Assembly: GCA_012295275.1 (NCBI GenBank)
Contig: CM022669.1
Coordinates: 9,238,001-9,302,000 of the forward strand
Direction of reading: 5' to 3'
Source: Chrysomallon squamiferum
Lineage: Eukaryota; Animalia; Mollusca
Length of the DNA stretch: 64,000 nucleotides
The translations under genes were made by a program, and so were the position numbers. This document shows, piece after piece, positions 26,423 through 50,624 of this stretch. The notes under the pieces were generated by a model, which worked only from the letters and a program-made list of their open reading frames with translations, was not told the origin of the DNA and searched no databases. Every line of letters begins with the position of its first letter. The first letter of the stretch is position 1.

Positions 26423-27217
26423 AATTAATTTATTTATTTATTTATTAATCGTAGTATAAACAAGAAACAAAACTCTAAGCGCAAATACGCATTGTTTTGA
26501 TCTTATTATTGTTTACATCCATATACAATTTCTTGTTAATGATGACGGTAATTATATCCTAATAGCAGCAGTAGCATTAGTAGCTGTTTTATCAGCAATA
26601 GCAATAGTAATAGTAGTAACAAAAGTACTGATATTCCAGTAGCAATAGTAATAGCAACAGCACTGATATACCAATAGCAATAGTAATAATAGTAGTAATC
26701 GCAATTAGTATAACAGCAGTAGAAACCGTAATATTAGCAGGAATGGCAATAGTACAGCAATAGTAGTAATTGTAGTAGTAGTAGTAGTAGTAGCAGCAGT
26801 GGTAGTAATAGCAATTGTGTAATAGTAGGAGCAATATTAATTGTAGTAGTAGTAGTTGTAGTAGTAGTGGTGGTGGTGGTACTAGTAGTGGTGGTTTTAG
26901 TAATAGTAGTAGTAGTTGTAGTAGTAGTAGTGAGGTAGTAGTAGTAGTAATAATAATATGTGTCAGAATGAATGATTGCATGTTTACACTTTATATTCAT
27001 GATTATTTCATACTGGCCTAATGACTTCTAAATTACTCTTAATTACGTGAGAGGAAAGAAACGCGCCTAGTTATATATGACTAATACGTATCATAAAACA
27101 GTGTGGGAAATTTCACACACAATCTATCAAAGACAGAAAGACATATGTTGTACAGTTTACGACCCAGTCGTCTTGGATCGCTGAAGAGCAACGGGAAATC
27201 CTCCAAAACAAAGGGCG

Positions 27218-27286
27218 CACTGTCTGGTATCGACCCAGCGTCCCGTGACTCCTAAAACGAGTGCTGTATTATTAAGCTGTGGACGG
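27218..27286 (-). mobile_element. Possible degenerate tRNA-derived SINE head
   Basis: Minus strand has an A-box-like AGCTTAATAATACAGCAC and a B-box-like GGGTCGATACC at tRNA-like spacing, but no intact cloverleaf. Confidence 0.3.
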
Positions 27287-27553
27287 AGGTGTGGCGGCAA
27301 GCCATTCATCATACAAACAGTCACAGATTAAAAGAGTAACAAAGCGGGACTCTCGGTCACGCAACAAACCAAATACAGCTATCTCGCCTGAATGTTGCGT
27401 GCCCGGTCAATTAACGCCTGCTACACGATCTGCAGATTGCAAAGCAGGTCTGAATTAATGCAGGGGACATAACTCTACGAATTAAACCATTAATGCGGTG
27501 GCTAATGCCATGGTGGACGTTGCTACTGTCAACGCAGCTGTTCTTGCCAACGG

Positions 27554-27635
27554 TATATAAAGGGTCAGAGGGGGGACGTTGCTGTCACAAACAGTTATCG
27601 CCTGAGGAAAAGGAATCATCGTGTTTCTGCTGCAG
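27554..27635 (+). promoter_or_regulatory. Core promoter and 5'-UTR hairpin of A4
   Basis: TATATAAA at 27554-27561, Inr-like ACAGTT at about 27591, hairpin 27602-27635. X-box-like GTTGCTACTGTCAAC at 27519-27533. Confidence 0.65.
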
Positions 27636-27657
27636 AATAACTAGTTAATTTTACATA

Positions 27658-30582
<2,925 letters not shown>

Positions 30583-30899
30583 GAATGTTCAAGACAGACA
30601 GCTGATACTTAAAGACGGTTTTCTCTCTGTGTTTATTTTGGATTCTATCTTTTGTTCTAGAGAAGTGTCACCTGACTCTGGTAGTTCTAAAGTGTGAAAC
30701 AAAAATAATAAATATTACAAGAGAAAGACTTGAGTTGTTATTTTCTATTATTAATGTGTCGAAGAAAAGTTTATCTTATTAGTTTTTTATGATGAAAATT
30801 CGAGATATATTTTACAAAGTACAAGATTAACAGACATGAGACTACTCTTATTTGAAAGCAGTGCAAGTTCAGTGTTTAGATCTTTTATTCAAGCCCCTC

Positions 30900-31108
30900 T
30901 TATTCTTCTTCTTCTTAATCTTCTTCTTAATCTTCTTCTTAATCTTTTTGTTTTTCTTCTTAATCTTCTTCTTAATATTTTTGTTTTTCTTCTTAATCTT
31001 CTTCTTAATATTTTTGTTTTTCTTCTTAATCTTCTTCTTGATCTTCTTGTTAATCTTCTTCTTAATCTTCTTAACCTTCTTCTTAATCTTCTTCTTCTTC
31101 TTCTTCTA
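30900..31108. repeat. Compound (CTT)n/TCTTCTTCTTAA tandem repeat
   Basis: Repeating 12- and 21-bp units between the convergent 3' ends of A4 and the BTB gene. Confidence 0.85.
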
Positions 31109-31513
31109 TAACAACCAAACAAAAAAAAAAAAAAAAAAAAAAAAAAAGAAAAAGAAAGAAAGAAATAAAGAATAACTCACTTCAAACCATAGTTCAAATA
31201 TTAAAAAAACGTTTATTTATTATTTGAAAATTTAAATAAAATAGTTTGGATAATTCATTGTCATGATATTTATAAAGTCATTTTCTTTTAGGTGTATGTA
31301 TATGCGCGTGTTTAGTATTTGTGTGGATGTATAATATATAGTTTGCAAAATGTCTGAAAGCATTTGTCTACGTTATTAATGACAAAACAAAAAACAAAGA
31401 AAAAGAAACAATTAAAATTAAATATTTTATTTAAAATCAAAATATAGTTAAACATAATAACCGATAAAAATAATTTTATTATAACAATAAAAGGAAAGAG
31501 TATCAATGATTTG

Positions 31514-31580
<67 letters not shown>

Positions 31581-31719
31581 CCTCTTTCTTTCTTTGTTTC
31601 TCTTTCTCTCTATCAGGGCTCAGATGCATCTACATATCTTACTAACTCTAACATGCACATGAACGAGAATATACGTGCCCTGTACAGTGCAGTTTGTTGC
31701 AGATTTTAAACAATCAAAG

Positions 31720-37717
<5,998 letters not shown>

Positions 37718-40062
37718 GACAGTCAGCTGAAAAATAAAACAAGCAAATAGTGTGTTTCACTAAAACCTCGGTAAACCGTTAATGTCGATGGTACCCTGAA
37801 CAACAGCGAAGTTGTTTACATCCGATTGGTATCCAGGCAGGTACGGACATGCCAAGGCATTCGGGTATTGATACAAAATCAATATAAAGGGGACATAACT
37901 GTTGGACATTAGGTTAACGGCCGGAGAGGTTGTTTTGGTCATTTTTGGCAGGCGTCTGTAACAAAACTGTTCAGCAGTTAGAACAATGGAAATCAGCTGA
38001 TAATCGGCGTCCGTGGATTCTGGTTTCAGTTTCTTGTAACGTTTATATATACACATGATAATCAGTCTGTATGTCTGTATATCTGACCACGATAAATTAT
38101 CAGTTTATTTATTTATTTATTTATTTATTTGCTTGTTTGTTTGCTTGTTTGTTTAGTTACTTTATTTATCTTCTTTTTTGTTTCTTTTTTTTAATATATT
38201 TTGCCTTATTTGAATAAGTAATCGATTGATCTTAAATTCTTAGTGTTAATGTTTCGAGTTGTACGATTCAATGTTATCTTTTTTAAATAGATTTTTCTAA
38301 ACAGTTACAACAACACAACGTTGATAATAATAATAATTATTATTATTATATGTCAAAATAGCGGAATTTGGTACCGCCATTTTTCTCCGATCGTACATGT
38401 TAAGGAGTTTGCCGAATGTAGTGCAGAGGGAGGCTATCCATGAAAGGCAGGCTTTTGGTTGGTTCATCGGAGTTATTTAGCGGACATTTCTCGATATCAC
38501 ATTCTCGAATTCTGACTTTGCGAAGGCAGGTTTTGATCTTTCGAGTTGATACGCTGTCATTCCGAAATAGCGTCATGGTGGTCGAAATTCACTGAAAACA
38601 GCTCTTCATTCCGACTCGTTTAAACCATTTAATTTACGAGTTCACTGGTCACCAACCTTTTGGTGGATTTTCATGGTGGATTTATGAACTGATAGTTCTT
38701 TGCTGACCCGCGTTGCGTTGTCTGTCTTAGTCTAGGTTACGTAATAATTTTGTTTAAAAATGGGCAATTCTTAAATACCTCAAATGGTTATCACTTGACA
38801 TGTTCTGATTATCTCGTTGTCATTGTGTTATTTATTTAATGCTCTTTCTAATGGAAATTTGACCAAGTGTTTGTCACATACAACGTCCTGCTGATTAAAC
38901 AAACAAACAAACAAACAAACAAACAAACAAACAAACAAATAAATAAATAAATAAATAGTGCATATATTCATAGAAACATAGGAGCTCATAAATTTTCATA
39001 CATTATAATAATGTACAAAAATACTTACATTCATTTACCTTAAAGAAAATAAATTCATTATGACGTCATATTAATGTACCATTAAGAAAATAAATTCATT
39101 ATGACATCATTATTTGACGTCACTATTTCACAATTGATTCTCATCCAACTACTACAAGCTGATGAATAACCAAAGAAATAAGAAAATGCTTTGAATTTAC
39201 AATGGAAAAAATATTTATTCCAATTTGTAACAACAATGATGCTGAGACAAACGTTTTCTTTTTCTTTTTTCTTTTTTTTTTTTGTTGTTTGTGTGTGTTT
39301 TTTCTTTGTTGTTGTTAACCTTTCTTTTCTTTTTTTATTCCTTTTTTTAAACACATTTCATAAATTAATTATTTTATATTTTTTCCATTTCATTTCCTTT
39401 CTTTCTTTTTTTTTTTTTTCCCTTTGCTTTTCTTTCCCATTTCCTTTTTTGTTGTTGTTGTTGTTAATTTTTTATTTTTTTATTTGTCATTGATCTTGTT
39501 GTTTTGTTTCCATTTACTCTTTATTTTAATTTTTTTCAATTTTTCTCTTTTATTTTATTTAATGTATAATTTATTGATTCATTCATTCTTTCACTGACTG
39601 AGATTTTTTTGGTTGTTGTTTGTTTGTTTGTTTGTTTGTTTTGAAATTATATTGTCAAGGTGAAGTATGCAATGATTACAGTGCTGACATTTTCAGTGTT
39701 GTTGATTCTAGAGCACAGTAGCTGTTGATGGCGTAGTTGTTGTTTGTCTTGTGGTATTGATAATTGTAATGATGTTACTACTGTTCTCTGTGCCCATGAA
39801 GTTACTAGTTATTGTTGTTGTTAATGCTGATAAAGATTTTTTCGATCGAGCTGTTCTCTTTTTTTTTCATGTTTATTGCTTCGTTTATTTGGATTTTAAT
39901 ACTTTCAGAATTTTGTATCCTGTTTTTCATTTTCGAGGTGGCGTGATTGTGGGCGTTTTATTATTGACGGTTTCATTTATGCTGCTTTTTTAAATTTAAT
40001 CTGTTTAATTTATTTTTTTTGTTTTAATTTGTATTATGTATTTTTTTTTTATTTTTTTTTTA

Positions 40063-40100
<38 letters not shown>

Positions 40101-40331
40101 GTTCTTACGGTATTCATTTGCGTTAAATAACTGTAATGTAACATCAAGTTATACATCGAAGTTGATGAGAAAGTTTATTAAAAACAAACTACTGAGTAGG
40201 CAATTTTTATTTAAAACAATTATATTATATATTAAGGGGAAATAACTCTTGAAGCCTTAAGACCAACAAATGTATAAACGCTCTAATTCATTACTTGCTT
40301 ACTGCGTGATCTTGGCATTACAAAATTACCC

Positions 40332-40375
<44 letters not shown>

Positions 40376-40546
40376 GTACTAGTAGTGATAGTAGTAATAT
40401 TATCAGTAGTAGTAGAAGTAGTAGTAATTGAAAGTAATGTTTGTATGATGACTTCCTATCAAATAAATCGTATATTGTAATGGAGGGCTGACAATACTTG
40501 GCCTATAATTATATTTCTTTCTTTTTCAATGGTTTTAGTGTTTTAT

Positions 40547-40631
<85 letters not shown>

Positions 40632-40952
40632 ATTCTTTCTAATTCTGTACCATCTACCGCATACACCTTTGACATTATCTGTTTAGTCTGTTTTCTCCAT
40701 ATTTAAATATTATGCATTCTCTTCTCCTTTTTTTTTTTTCATCTTCTTCCAGTCTCTAAACGTTCATACAAATTATTTCTGTTTATTGTCCTTATCGCTC
40801 ATAGCGCCCTATCTCCCACTCATACATTTCTTTTAAAGTTCCCATCTAAATTTGTATTAAGATGAGACTGATAAAAAAAAAAAAAAAAAAAAAAAAACAC
40901 GCTGTTTGCCTTCCTTTCTCCTCCTCCCTAGAAAGCCAACAAAACAACAGAA

Positions 40953-41241
40953 GCAGCCATTTTGAACCAAGGATTTTTCGACCAATCAGAAGCGCCAGTC
41001 GTCGAGAAATGAAATACGATTGGCTGATGGTTCTGAGCTGACCCGAGAACAAAGCGACTGCTTTACCAAGCAAGTGAATTGGAAGTTTTTCTCCTTTCTT
41101 TATTGTGTTTTCGTTCCCATTATCAGCGACTGCAGACCGAGACGGAAAAGTATTAGAGTTAATTCGTTTTTACACGCTACAACAGTCTATCTGGCCATTA
41201 TCCTCACAACTTCCACTTGGCTAGAAATTCAAAATGGCGGC
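40953..41241. promoter_or_regulatory. Putative bidirectional promoter (inverted CCAAT pair flanked by outward-facing YY1 motifs)
   Basis: CCAAT 40982-40986 and ATTGG 41019-41023; AAAATGGCTGC on minus at 40953-40963 and AAAATGGCGGC on plus at 41231-41241; locally CpG-richer. Confidence 0.5.
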
Positions 41242-41567
41242 GTCTCCAGCAGAAATCGGAAAGCGTTAAAGAGCAGAAGTGTAAACAATAAAGTTAGTTT
41301 AATAAAGTTGAATACAAATTAATAGATCATATTGCAGATATTTTGTTCAGACTTGAGTTTTATTTAATGAGTGTAAAATTCTGTTTTAATAAACATATAT
41401 GTATTCCCTTCTTTTTTTTTTTAATGTTCCTGTTCACATACGTTTATATTTCTTTGTAATTTATCTGAGTAACGTGTTCCTGTAACGAAATGGAAAACAA
41501 AATATGACTTTTATGTTGTTCTGAGCGAAATTGTTTGGTCTTTTTACCTATGTGATGTTGATAATTA

Positions 41568-41684
<117 letters not shown>

Positions 41685-42328
41685 GGAGCTGGGGGGAGAG
41701 GTGTTAAGGTGAATGTGTAACATCTGCTTTTTTGCAGTAGAAATTTAAATTAAAGACATAAATAAAATTCTTGTTGAAGAGTTTTCTGTGTGGTTTCAGC
41801 TCGCTGTAATTTGTGTTGACTGATTTATTACTTTGCTTGTTGCTGCACTGAGAACTATAAATAGTTTATGTTAACTGTAACTGCCGGCATGTTCACATTA
41901 AAAAGAAAAAATTCCTTTCTTTCTTTCTTTCTTTATCCTTCCTTTTCTTTTATTTAATTTGATATGTTGACATGTTTTTGTTTTATCTATTTATTTATGT
42001 ATTTCTCATTGAAATATGTGAAAGTTGAGCAAGGAGAGCAGAAGCCTGGCTGAAATTATATTTTGTTTAAATATTAGTAGTAGTGGAATTACTAGTAGCA
42101 GTAGTAGTAGTAGTGATCGTGGTGGTGGTGGTGGTGATGGCGGTAGTAATGGTGGTAGTAGTGGCTGTAGTAGTAATAGTGTAGCAACCATAAAATCAAA
42201 TTATATTTTTATTCATAAGCTTTATGTTATGTTGTGTGGTGTGATGTGATGTTATGTTATATTATGTTATTTATTCATTTATTTTTCTTAATTTCATTTA
42301 ACAAAATTTATAAAACCAAAACATTCTA

Positions 42329-42419
<91 letters not shown>

Positions 42420-42669
42420 ATGATGATAATCCAAAATTCAAAAATAAATAAATAAAACAATAAATGAAGAAGAAAAGACCCATTTGTTTCGATATTTTTT
42501 ATTTCTTAATTTCTTCTTACTTGTAACACACAGTGTTACAACTGACTGTGACGTTGAACAGAGTTAGCTCTGCCAATGTGTTTAATTCAACATTTTGTTT
42601 CTGTACGTGACGCAATACTAAATCCGCCATTAGCGTCACATCTGTTATGTTTTCACGCAACCGGCACCT

Positions 42670-42748
<79 letters not shown>

Positions 42749-43160
42749 ACAGGCAGCCATTTTCTACGTGAGTTCGCATGCGCTGTTTTAAACAGGTTTG
42801 CAAATTTTATTTGTCTTTCGAATTACAGTGTCGGTTATTTCTGAATTCAGTGACGACGTAGAAATAATAAAAAAAACAAAACAAGGAAACTTAGACGGTT
42901 ACAACGAGTTTTAACAATTAAGGACAATGTAGTGATATATTGTTGCTGTTGTCGTTGTTGGTGTTGTTATTGCTGTTAATTAATTAGTCGACATTTTTGT
43001 AACTATCACTGGAATTTTTTTCCCATTTGTTTACCTATTTGTTTTGTTTGTTTTGTATACATTTCATTCATTTGCTGTTGTTATTTTTTCCAGTTTCTCC
43101 TTCACACACTCTAAAAAAAATTGTACAAATAAACACATACGTTATGTATGTACTTTTTAC

Positions 43161-43235
<75 letters not shown>

Positions 43236-43532
43236 ACATAATTAAACAGTCACACACAAACCACTTACAGTATATTTTTGCTACAAATCAATAAATAATT
43301 TCAGTAATGTTGTTATGTTAGGAAATTGATTATGTTTATTTTTAAACAGCATGCTGCAAAGTGCGTGTGTATCGACTGCACGTTATACACAACAGACTGA
43401 CAGAAACATTCGTGTTGTATTTCAAACGCCATGTGCAAAATGAACGCTGCTTGAAACGCGATGCCTAAATACTCAGTGTACTTTGACAGGTGTTTTTGTT
43501 CTTGTTTTTTTCTCAATCTTGCATAGACGGAT

Positions 43533-43628
<96 letters not shown>

Positions 43629-43945
43629 TTATTATTTTTTAAGCATTTTATATGATAACGATATTCACTGACTGACTCTTAGTAAATCAGCATAAATTAC
43701 CATGCCGATGACAATAATGATGATGATGATGATGATGATATTATTCATGCAGTGAACAATTTCAGCAACGCTTATTTGCATAATTTTACGCGCTAAATGT
43801 CATTTTTAATTTAGAAGATTAACATGTAATTTGTGTAATTTATATATGCAGCTATTGGCTCGTTATGACCTCTTAAAGATCATTAAATAATGAAAATATT
43901 ATGTGGGCCATTTATTTTAAATTTAACAGTCTGTAACTATGAAGT

Positions 43946-44021
<76 letters not shown>

Positions 44022-44601
44022 TTACTACTAATTTTTCAAAACAAAACAAAACAACGCACAAAGCGAACGCGTTATAGCTGACACGGACGTTTTAAAAAGA
44101 CAACCAGTTACTAAATTATTCATTTATTCCCGTCAGATAGTCCTGTCAGAGAGGAATTCTAATTATTAATTCTGTGTTATTAGTCCAGCTCTTTGCTCCG
44201 AGCCGCTGTTTTCATGATAATGGCTAGCACGGAGCCGTTATTAGATCAAACGCGTTTTTTTTTTTTTTTTTTTTTCCCATTTCACAAACACTGCCAGCTT
44301 TTGATCAATGACTGCTCCCTTGACATTTTTAAACGTTAATCTCGTTGTGTGATCACCAAGGAAGTTGTCGCAGAATGAAAACAAGAGTGTTGTCAAATTA
44401 GCACGAAGAGAGAAAGGGAAAATGAGAAAGAGAGAATAAAAAGAGAAAGGGAAAACGAGAAAGAGAGAATAAAAAGAAGATGAAGAGTTTTAACTAAATT
44501 AATAAAATAATTTTTAAAATTATATACTTCGACAAAGCAATAATTATATAATATTACATAAATATAGCATGACCATGCAATATGTGACTGCATCCATTTG
44601 T

Positions 44602-44666
<65 letters not shown>

Positions 44667-44951
44667 CACCATCTCCCTTTTTTTTTATCCTTTTTACTCT
44701 CTGTCTCCTTTTTTCCTTTCTTTCGCTCTCATTCTAACAACTTCAGGTAGCCAGCCATAAAGACGTTTTGTCTCTTTTCTATCATTTTTCATTATATTAT
44801 TCTTTCTTTTTTCTTTCTTTCTGTTTTTAATCTTTCTTTTTTTCTGAAGTGACAGCCTGTGTGAGATACGAAAGTGTGATTGTCACCGACAGTTTCTAAT
44901 AATTGCAGTTCGCAGATCGGAACAAACTGTCACTGTTCGGTCGAGCGACGT

Positions 44952-44965
44952 GTTTCCATGGTAAC
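44952..44965. promoter_or_regulatory. RFX X-box
   Basis: GTTTCCATGGTAAC, a near-palindromic X-box. Confidence 0.5.
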
Positions 44966-45705
44966 GACGTTTGACGGGGAGAACCTGACACGGGATGAAA
45001 TCAAACACAACACCGCCAGTCTGACTTGCTTGTACTTTGTGTGCCATTTTTATGTCTTCTGTTTATCTGTGTATGTATCTATTCATTCATTTCGTTCTTT
45101 CTTTCTTTTTTCTTTTTTTTTTTTCTTTCTTTCTTTCTATTGATTATTTATTTATTTATTTATTTTTATTTATTATTATAATTTATTTTACTTTTTTTTT
45201 TTTTGATATCCTGATATCTGCTACTTTTAACCTTTTCTTATTTCCAGCGCGCGAACAATATTTTTGTCTTGCTTTTTATTTTTTTTTTTTTTCTATTATT
45301 ATTTTATTCTGTTTTGTGAATAAATTGCATGCTATCGCGAAGACTGGATACACAAAAAGTTGGTATGAATCATTTTAATCGATTTAACAGATGATCTGCC
45401 TCATTCAGCTCGTTCTTTCCAAAATCTTCTTTATCCACAAAGTCTGACTGACTCTCCAGAAAAAAAAAACTGAAGTGATTTCCTGGCGCTCACACAAAAA
45501 CACCATCACAAAATTAAGCGTTCATTCCTATCCCGTGTCTGCCCAGTGTTGTTACAACGTTATTGAATAAACGTACATTACTACAACGACAGATTCAATT
45601 AGCTTCTACAGCAACGCCATTAACGAGTCTGTTAACTAGAACAGTGTCTGACCCTGTTAGTAGTTTTAAAAAAAAGAGAGAGAGATAGAGAGAGAGACAG
45701 ACAGA

Positions 45706-45796
<91 letters not shown>

Positions 45797-45900
45797 AGAG
45801 AGAGACAGAGAGAGTGAGAGAGAGAGATATAGAAAGAGAGACAGACAGAGAGTGAGAGAGAGACAGAGAGTGGCAGACAGAGAGAGAGAGAGAGGCAGAC

Positions 45901-45979
<79 letters not shown>

Positions 45980-46880
45980 CGTTATCAACACAGCACTGTA
46001 TAATTTAAAATATTTCAACGAAGCATATCGATTGTTAATATATCTAGTTGTTTTGTTTTATCAGTATCTATTTTATTTTGTTTTGTTTTGTTTCATTTCA
46101 GTTCATGTAATTCAATTTAGTTTTTTAGTTTTATTTATTTATTAATTTATTTATTTATTTTTTTAAATTTAGTGTATAAAATTCACATCTGGTATGTTCC
46201 ATTACAGTTCAATTTAAATGCTAATGAGATTTAATTTGTCATTTTAGTTTTACCTTTTATTCTTTGCAATGACAGCAGCACCAGTTTTAGTAGTAGTGTT
46301 AGTAGTTGTTACAGTAGTTGTTGTTAAAGATACCTTAGTAATAGTAGAAGTAGTAGTAGTAGTTGTTGTTGTAGATACTGCAATAATAGTATTTGTTGTT
46401 TATATAGTTCTTACTGTATTATTAATAGCAACAGCAGCAGTGATAGTGATACTGACAGTAGTAGTAGTAGTAGTAGTAGTAATACTAGATGTAGCTGTAT
46501 TAGTCGTAGAGTAGTTGTTATTGTCGTTGTTGTTGTATATCAGCAGCAGAAATGGCAAAAGCAGAAAATAAAAAAAAAACAACTGAATGCAATTTTAAAT
46601 ATTTCTTTCACTGAACTATTTTCTTGTTCAAAGCCATCCTGGACTAACGTGTTTTTTTTTTTTTTTTTTACTCAACTTATTATCATAACAATGAACAACT
46701 GTGCGCTTCACGAGACAAAGAACCGTTTAAAATTATTACTTCGTTTTTTCCTGACGTGCAAAAAAATATTCATTTCACATCACAAGTTATCACCACCAGA
46801 CGACTTCTTCGGGATCTGGCGCGTTCTCAAGTCGCCATTGCATTATTTAGATTTCTCTCCGCGTTATCGACCGCTCTTCG

Positions 46881-46962
46881 CTTCCACTTGGCCTAGATCG
46901 TTAGGCTTTTGGGTGTCAGCCAATCATATTATAGATAATACAAATGCTGTTCTCTGATTGGT
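46881..46962. promoter_or_regulatory. Second promoter-like island with an inverted CCAAT pair
   Basis: CCAAT 46920-46924 and ATTGG 46957-46961 (32-nt gap, as at 41 kb), inside a CpG-richer island. Confidence 0.45.
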
Positions 46963-47230
46963 TAGCTCGACGGACCTGCCATCGTTGGTTATTGTTTGGC
47001 TTTTTCGGATGTTTCTCAGCGAACTCCATTATTTGAAGAGACAGGATTTCATTGTTGTTGTCTGAAAAGGAATTTGGTAAAAGAGAAACGTTCAGCTGTG
47101 CTGTTTGATACAGTACAAAGAAGTGTTTTTATTCTACTGAAATAAGTGTTTGTATTTGTTTAGTATTTAACAATAGCGGCATCATCATTTATTAAGAAGA
47201 ACAACAATAATAATGAAAAATAATAATAAT

Positions 47231-47312
<82 letters not shown>

Positions 47313-47991
47313 TAGTTATGGTGATGCTAATATAACAAACGTAAGCATAATTTTCAGAAAGAAAAATAAATATAAATCGAAGAATCTACACCAAACCAGA
47401 ATTTATGGTCCAATAAAGAAAAACCATATTAGTAAATACTAACAATTACTTATTTCTGTATCTAAATTCATCTATCTCTCCACATATATATAATTCTGTG
47501 TGTATCTGTGTGTATCTCTGTACTTTTCTCTCTCTACATCGTTCCTTTTCTCTCTCTGATTTTAACCGGTTTAAAAGAGATTTCTGACGATTTTGTCAGG
47601 AAAATCGATGATATGCTTGAAATAATATTAACAATCATTTATTCATCGGATTTTTCATGTCTTACAAGTAATTAGTGTGTTTGTTCTCATATGAAATGTT
47701 TACATAAACATTAGATACACACACTTAATAATAAAGAAATATGATACGGGATAAAAGAAATCTAGCTGTTGAATTTTGGTATTTATTTCTGGTAAACTGA
47801 AATAAACAGGTAATAGAATACGAGTTCAATGTATTACGTAACCATAACAACATATGGAACTAAAACTAGCCCCGAAGCTTATCTGTATTAATTATACATT
47901 TCACAGATTGAAAATTACATCATACTAAAGTGAGAAGAGATGTGTGAATATAATCTGTTATAATGGGGTTTTTTTGTCATTCTCCGCTTTA

Positions 47992-48120
<129 letters not shown>

Positions 48121-48222
48121 AGAGAGACAGAAAGACAGACAGACAGTCTCTCGAGAATGACAAAACCATATATCTCTTGCTCTCGCTCTCACTCTATTTA
48201 TTTATCTCTCTCTCTATTTATC

Positions 48223-48312
<90 letters not shown>

Positions 48313-48382
48313 CCCCTCTTTCCAACCCTCTCTCTTATAATTATCTGTACCTAAAAGACCTCATATTAATTATATATTAATC

Positions 48383-48413
<31 letters not shown>

Positions 48414-48862
48414 TTTAATAATTTAATACAACACTGCAGGTGTGATATTTCTCACCTGTATAAAATATCACGGACTCCTGCAGAGCACTTTGATAGATAA
48501 TGAGAATGTATGTCGACACACCCGTCTTAGTTTACCTGCTTTCAAAGGTTGTGTTAGTTTAAACACATTATCACTTGAACAGACAAATTCAGCCTACAGC
48601 AGTTAAACGTACCAACTGACCTGAGGCTAGGGAGGCAGATAGGTAGACTGACAGGTAAATAGGTAGGTAGTCAGATAGGTATGGGTGTGTGCATGTACAT
48701 AGGTAATGCTTTTATTTCTTGCGGGGTGTTCTTTAATAAGTCTGCACTTATGTAAATATATCTATAATTATATGTGTGTGTTTTTGCAGTTGTATTATAT
48801 AATTTATGTATTTATATAATAGACACACGAATGCTCACACACACACAAAGAGAGAGGCAGAC

Positions 48863-48927
<65 letters not shown>

Positions 48928-50585
48928 TTATATATAAATTCTTGCAGTCACATATTGCACGGTCATTGCTAACTGTTTTTACCTGAGTTTAGCAATAGAT
49001 TTGCAAGCCATGTTTTATTCTGATTTTTACCTCCTTCGCTTTGTAATATTCTGCTTGCCACTGTTTATTTATTTTAGTTTTTTCTCTCACAACATTGACA
49101 AAAGCCGACAGCTGTTTGGTCGAGTATTTATTTCTGTGAGCGAAGCAATTACAGGCCACAATGTGCCCCGACTCGCCTTTCACAAAAAAAAAAAATCTAT
49201 TACAGAATCAATTTGCCGAAAGCCATCTTTATTAAATTCCTAATGGTCGATTTTAGCAGCGCCTGATTTTTAAGCTCCCACGTGTCATTCACGTGATCGG
49301 CCTTGTAGTGGAGTGAACTGCGTGCATAAATTAATTACTTTTTATTATGTTTTTCACTTCTTTTTTTTTCCCCCGTTTTAATTTAATTTAAAAAAAAAAA
49401 AAAAAAATTATTTATGAATTTATTTATTTATTTATTTTCATTTTGTTATATTATATTGTTTATTTTTATAAAAGCACTGTGAAGTCTGAATATATCCAGA
49501 GAAATAAACGAAATAAATGAACATGAAAATAATCAAACAAACAATTAAACAACAAAATAAATAAATAATCAAATGAACAAGGTAATCGAACAGACACAAA
49601 CTTCTTTTTTTAAATTCATTTTTTATTCTTTCTTCATTCATTTTTTTTTTTTTTAAATTTTAAATTTTTTTTCCATCTATGGCAAACTGGACATTCAGAA
49701 AGTTAAACGTTCATTCAGTGACCCACACAGCGCGATTGATGGATGGATGGATAGATGGACGGATGGATGTGTTTACTCAAGCGGAGAAAACAAAAACGGA
49801 TCAGGCGGCGTTAACACAGGCAAAGCTGCCGGCGACGGGCCTGTATAAAGACGAGTTGAAACGCACCCGCCAGATTCAATGAGGGCGGGTGAAATACGGG
49901 TACGACTGGCGACCCAGTCATGCGAGCGAGGACAGAACTGCAATTAAGTGTCGGTTTCAGCGGAGAGCAGCCGAGAAGAAACCAGCGAATCGACAATAAT
50001 TTGTCACGTGCGTGTTAACAACAAGGATTCTGGATGTATCCACATTGGTGGAACTCACCCCGTTCTTTCGTCGACACAACTGGGTGTGTGGGTGGGTGGG
50101 TTTGATAACGCCTCTCCCTCGTGCATTGTGAGGGCGAGTCCCCCCCCCCACAAAAGGGTCCAGTACTTAATGTTAATCTTTTCCCGTTTACAATGGCGAT
50201 TATTAATTACATTCAAATCGTACCATGACAACCGTGTCCCTCTGATGCCGCCTGCCTGCTTTCGAAGTATTCGGCTGCCTAGCAACGGCTATGGAGTCTC
50301 ACTTGTTGTCAAGCAGGTGACTATGTCAAAGTCGGGGGTGAAATAGATTTAACACCCACGTAAAATATTTCTGAGAAAGTGTTAGTCTTACCCTACACAC
50401 ACGTATCAGTTTTCCATTAATAAAATGAGTGGAGATTAAAAAGTTTCCGCATTCATTAACATAATTATCACATTATCAAATATCGAGGCAGTAACGCAGA
50501 AAGTTATTTTGTTAATAAAACCGATATACTGGAGATGAATTAAATTTTTACTTGTGCTTTGAATTTGTTAAATATTTTGTTTATT

Positions 50586-50624
<39 letters not shown>

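Noticed and set aside
30889-31122. Arg-rich protamine-like ORF
   Set aside because: Translation of a (CTT)/(AAT) tandem repeat, with no promoter or splice support.
41234-41269. ATGGCGGCG start-like context
   Set aside because: Stops after 11 codons (MAASPAEIGKR*); read as a YY1 motif or at most a uORF.
48953-48975. TATTGCAC, a miR-92-family seed-like word
   Set aside because: No local precursor hairpin; it is part of the repeat also present inverted at 44566-44610.
49948-50346. 132-aa ORF in the GC-richer island
   Set aside because: GTG start, no recognisable domain, no convincing splice context; better explained as regulatory DNA.
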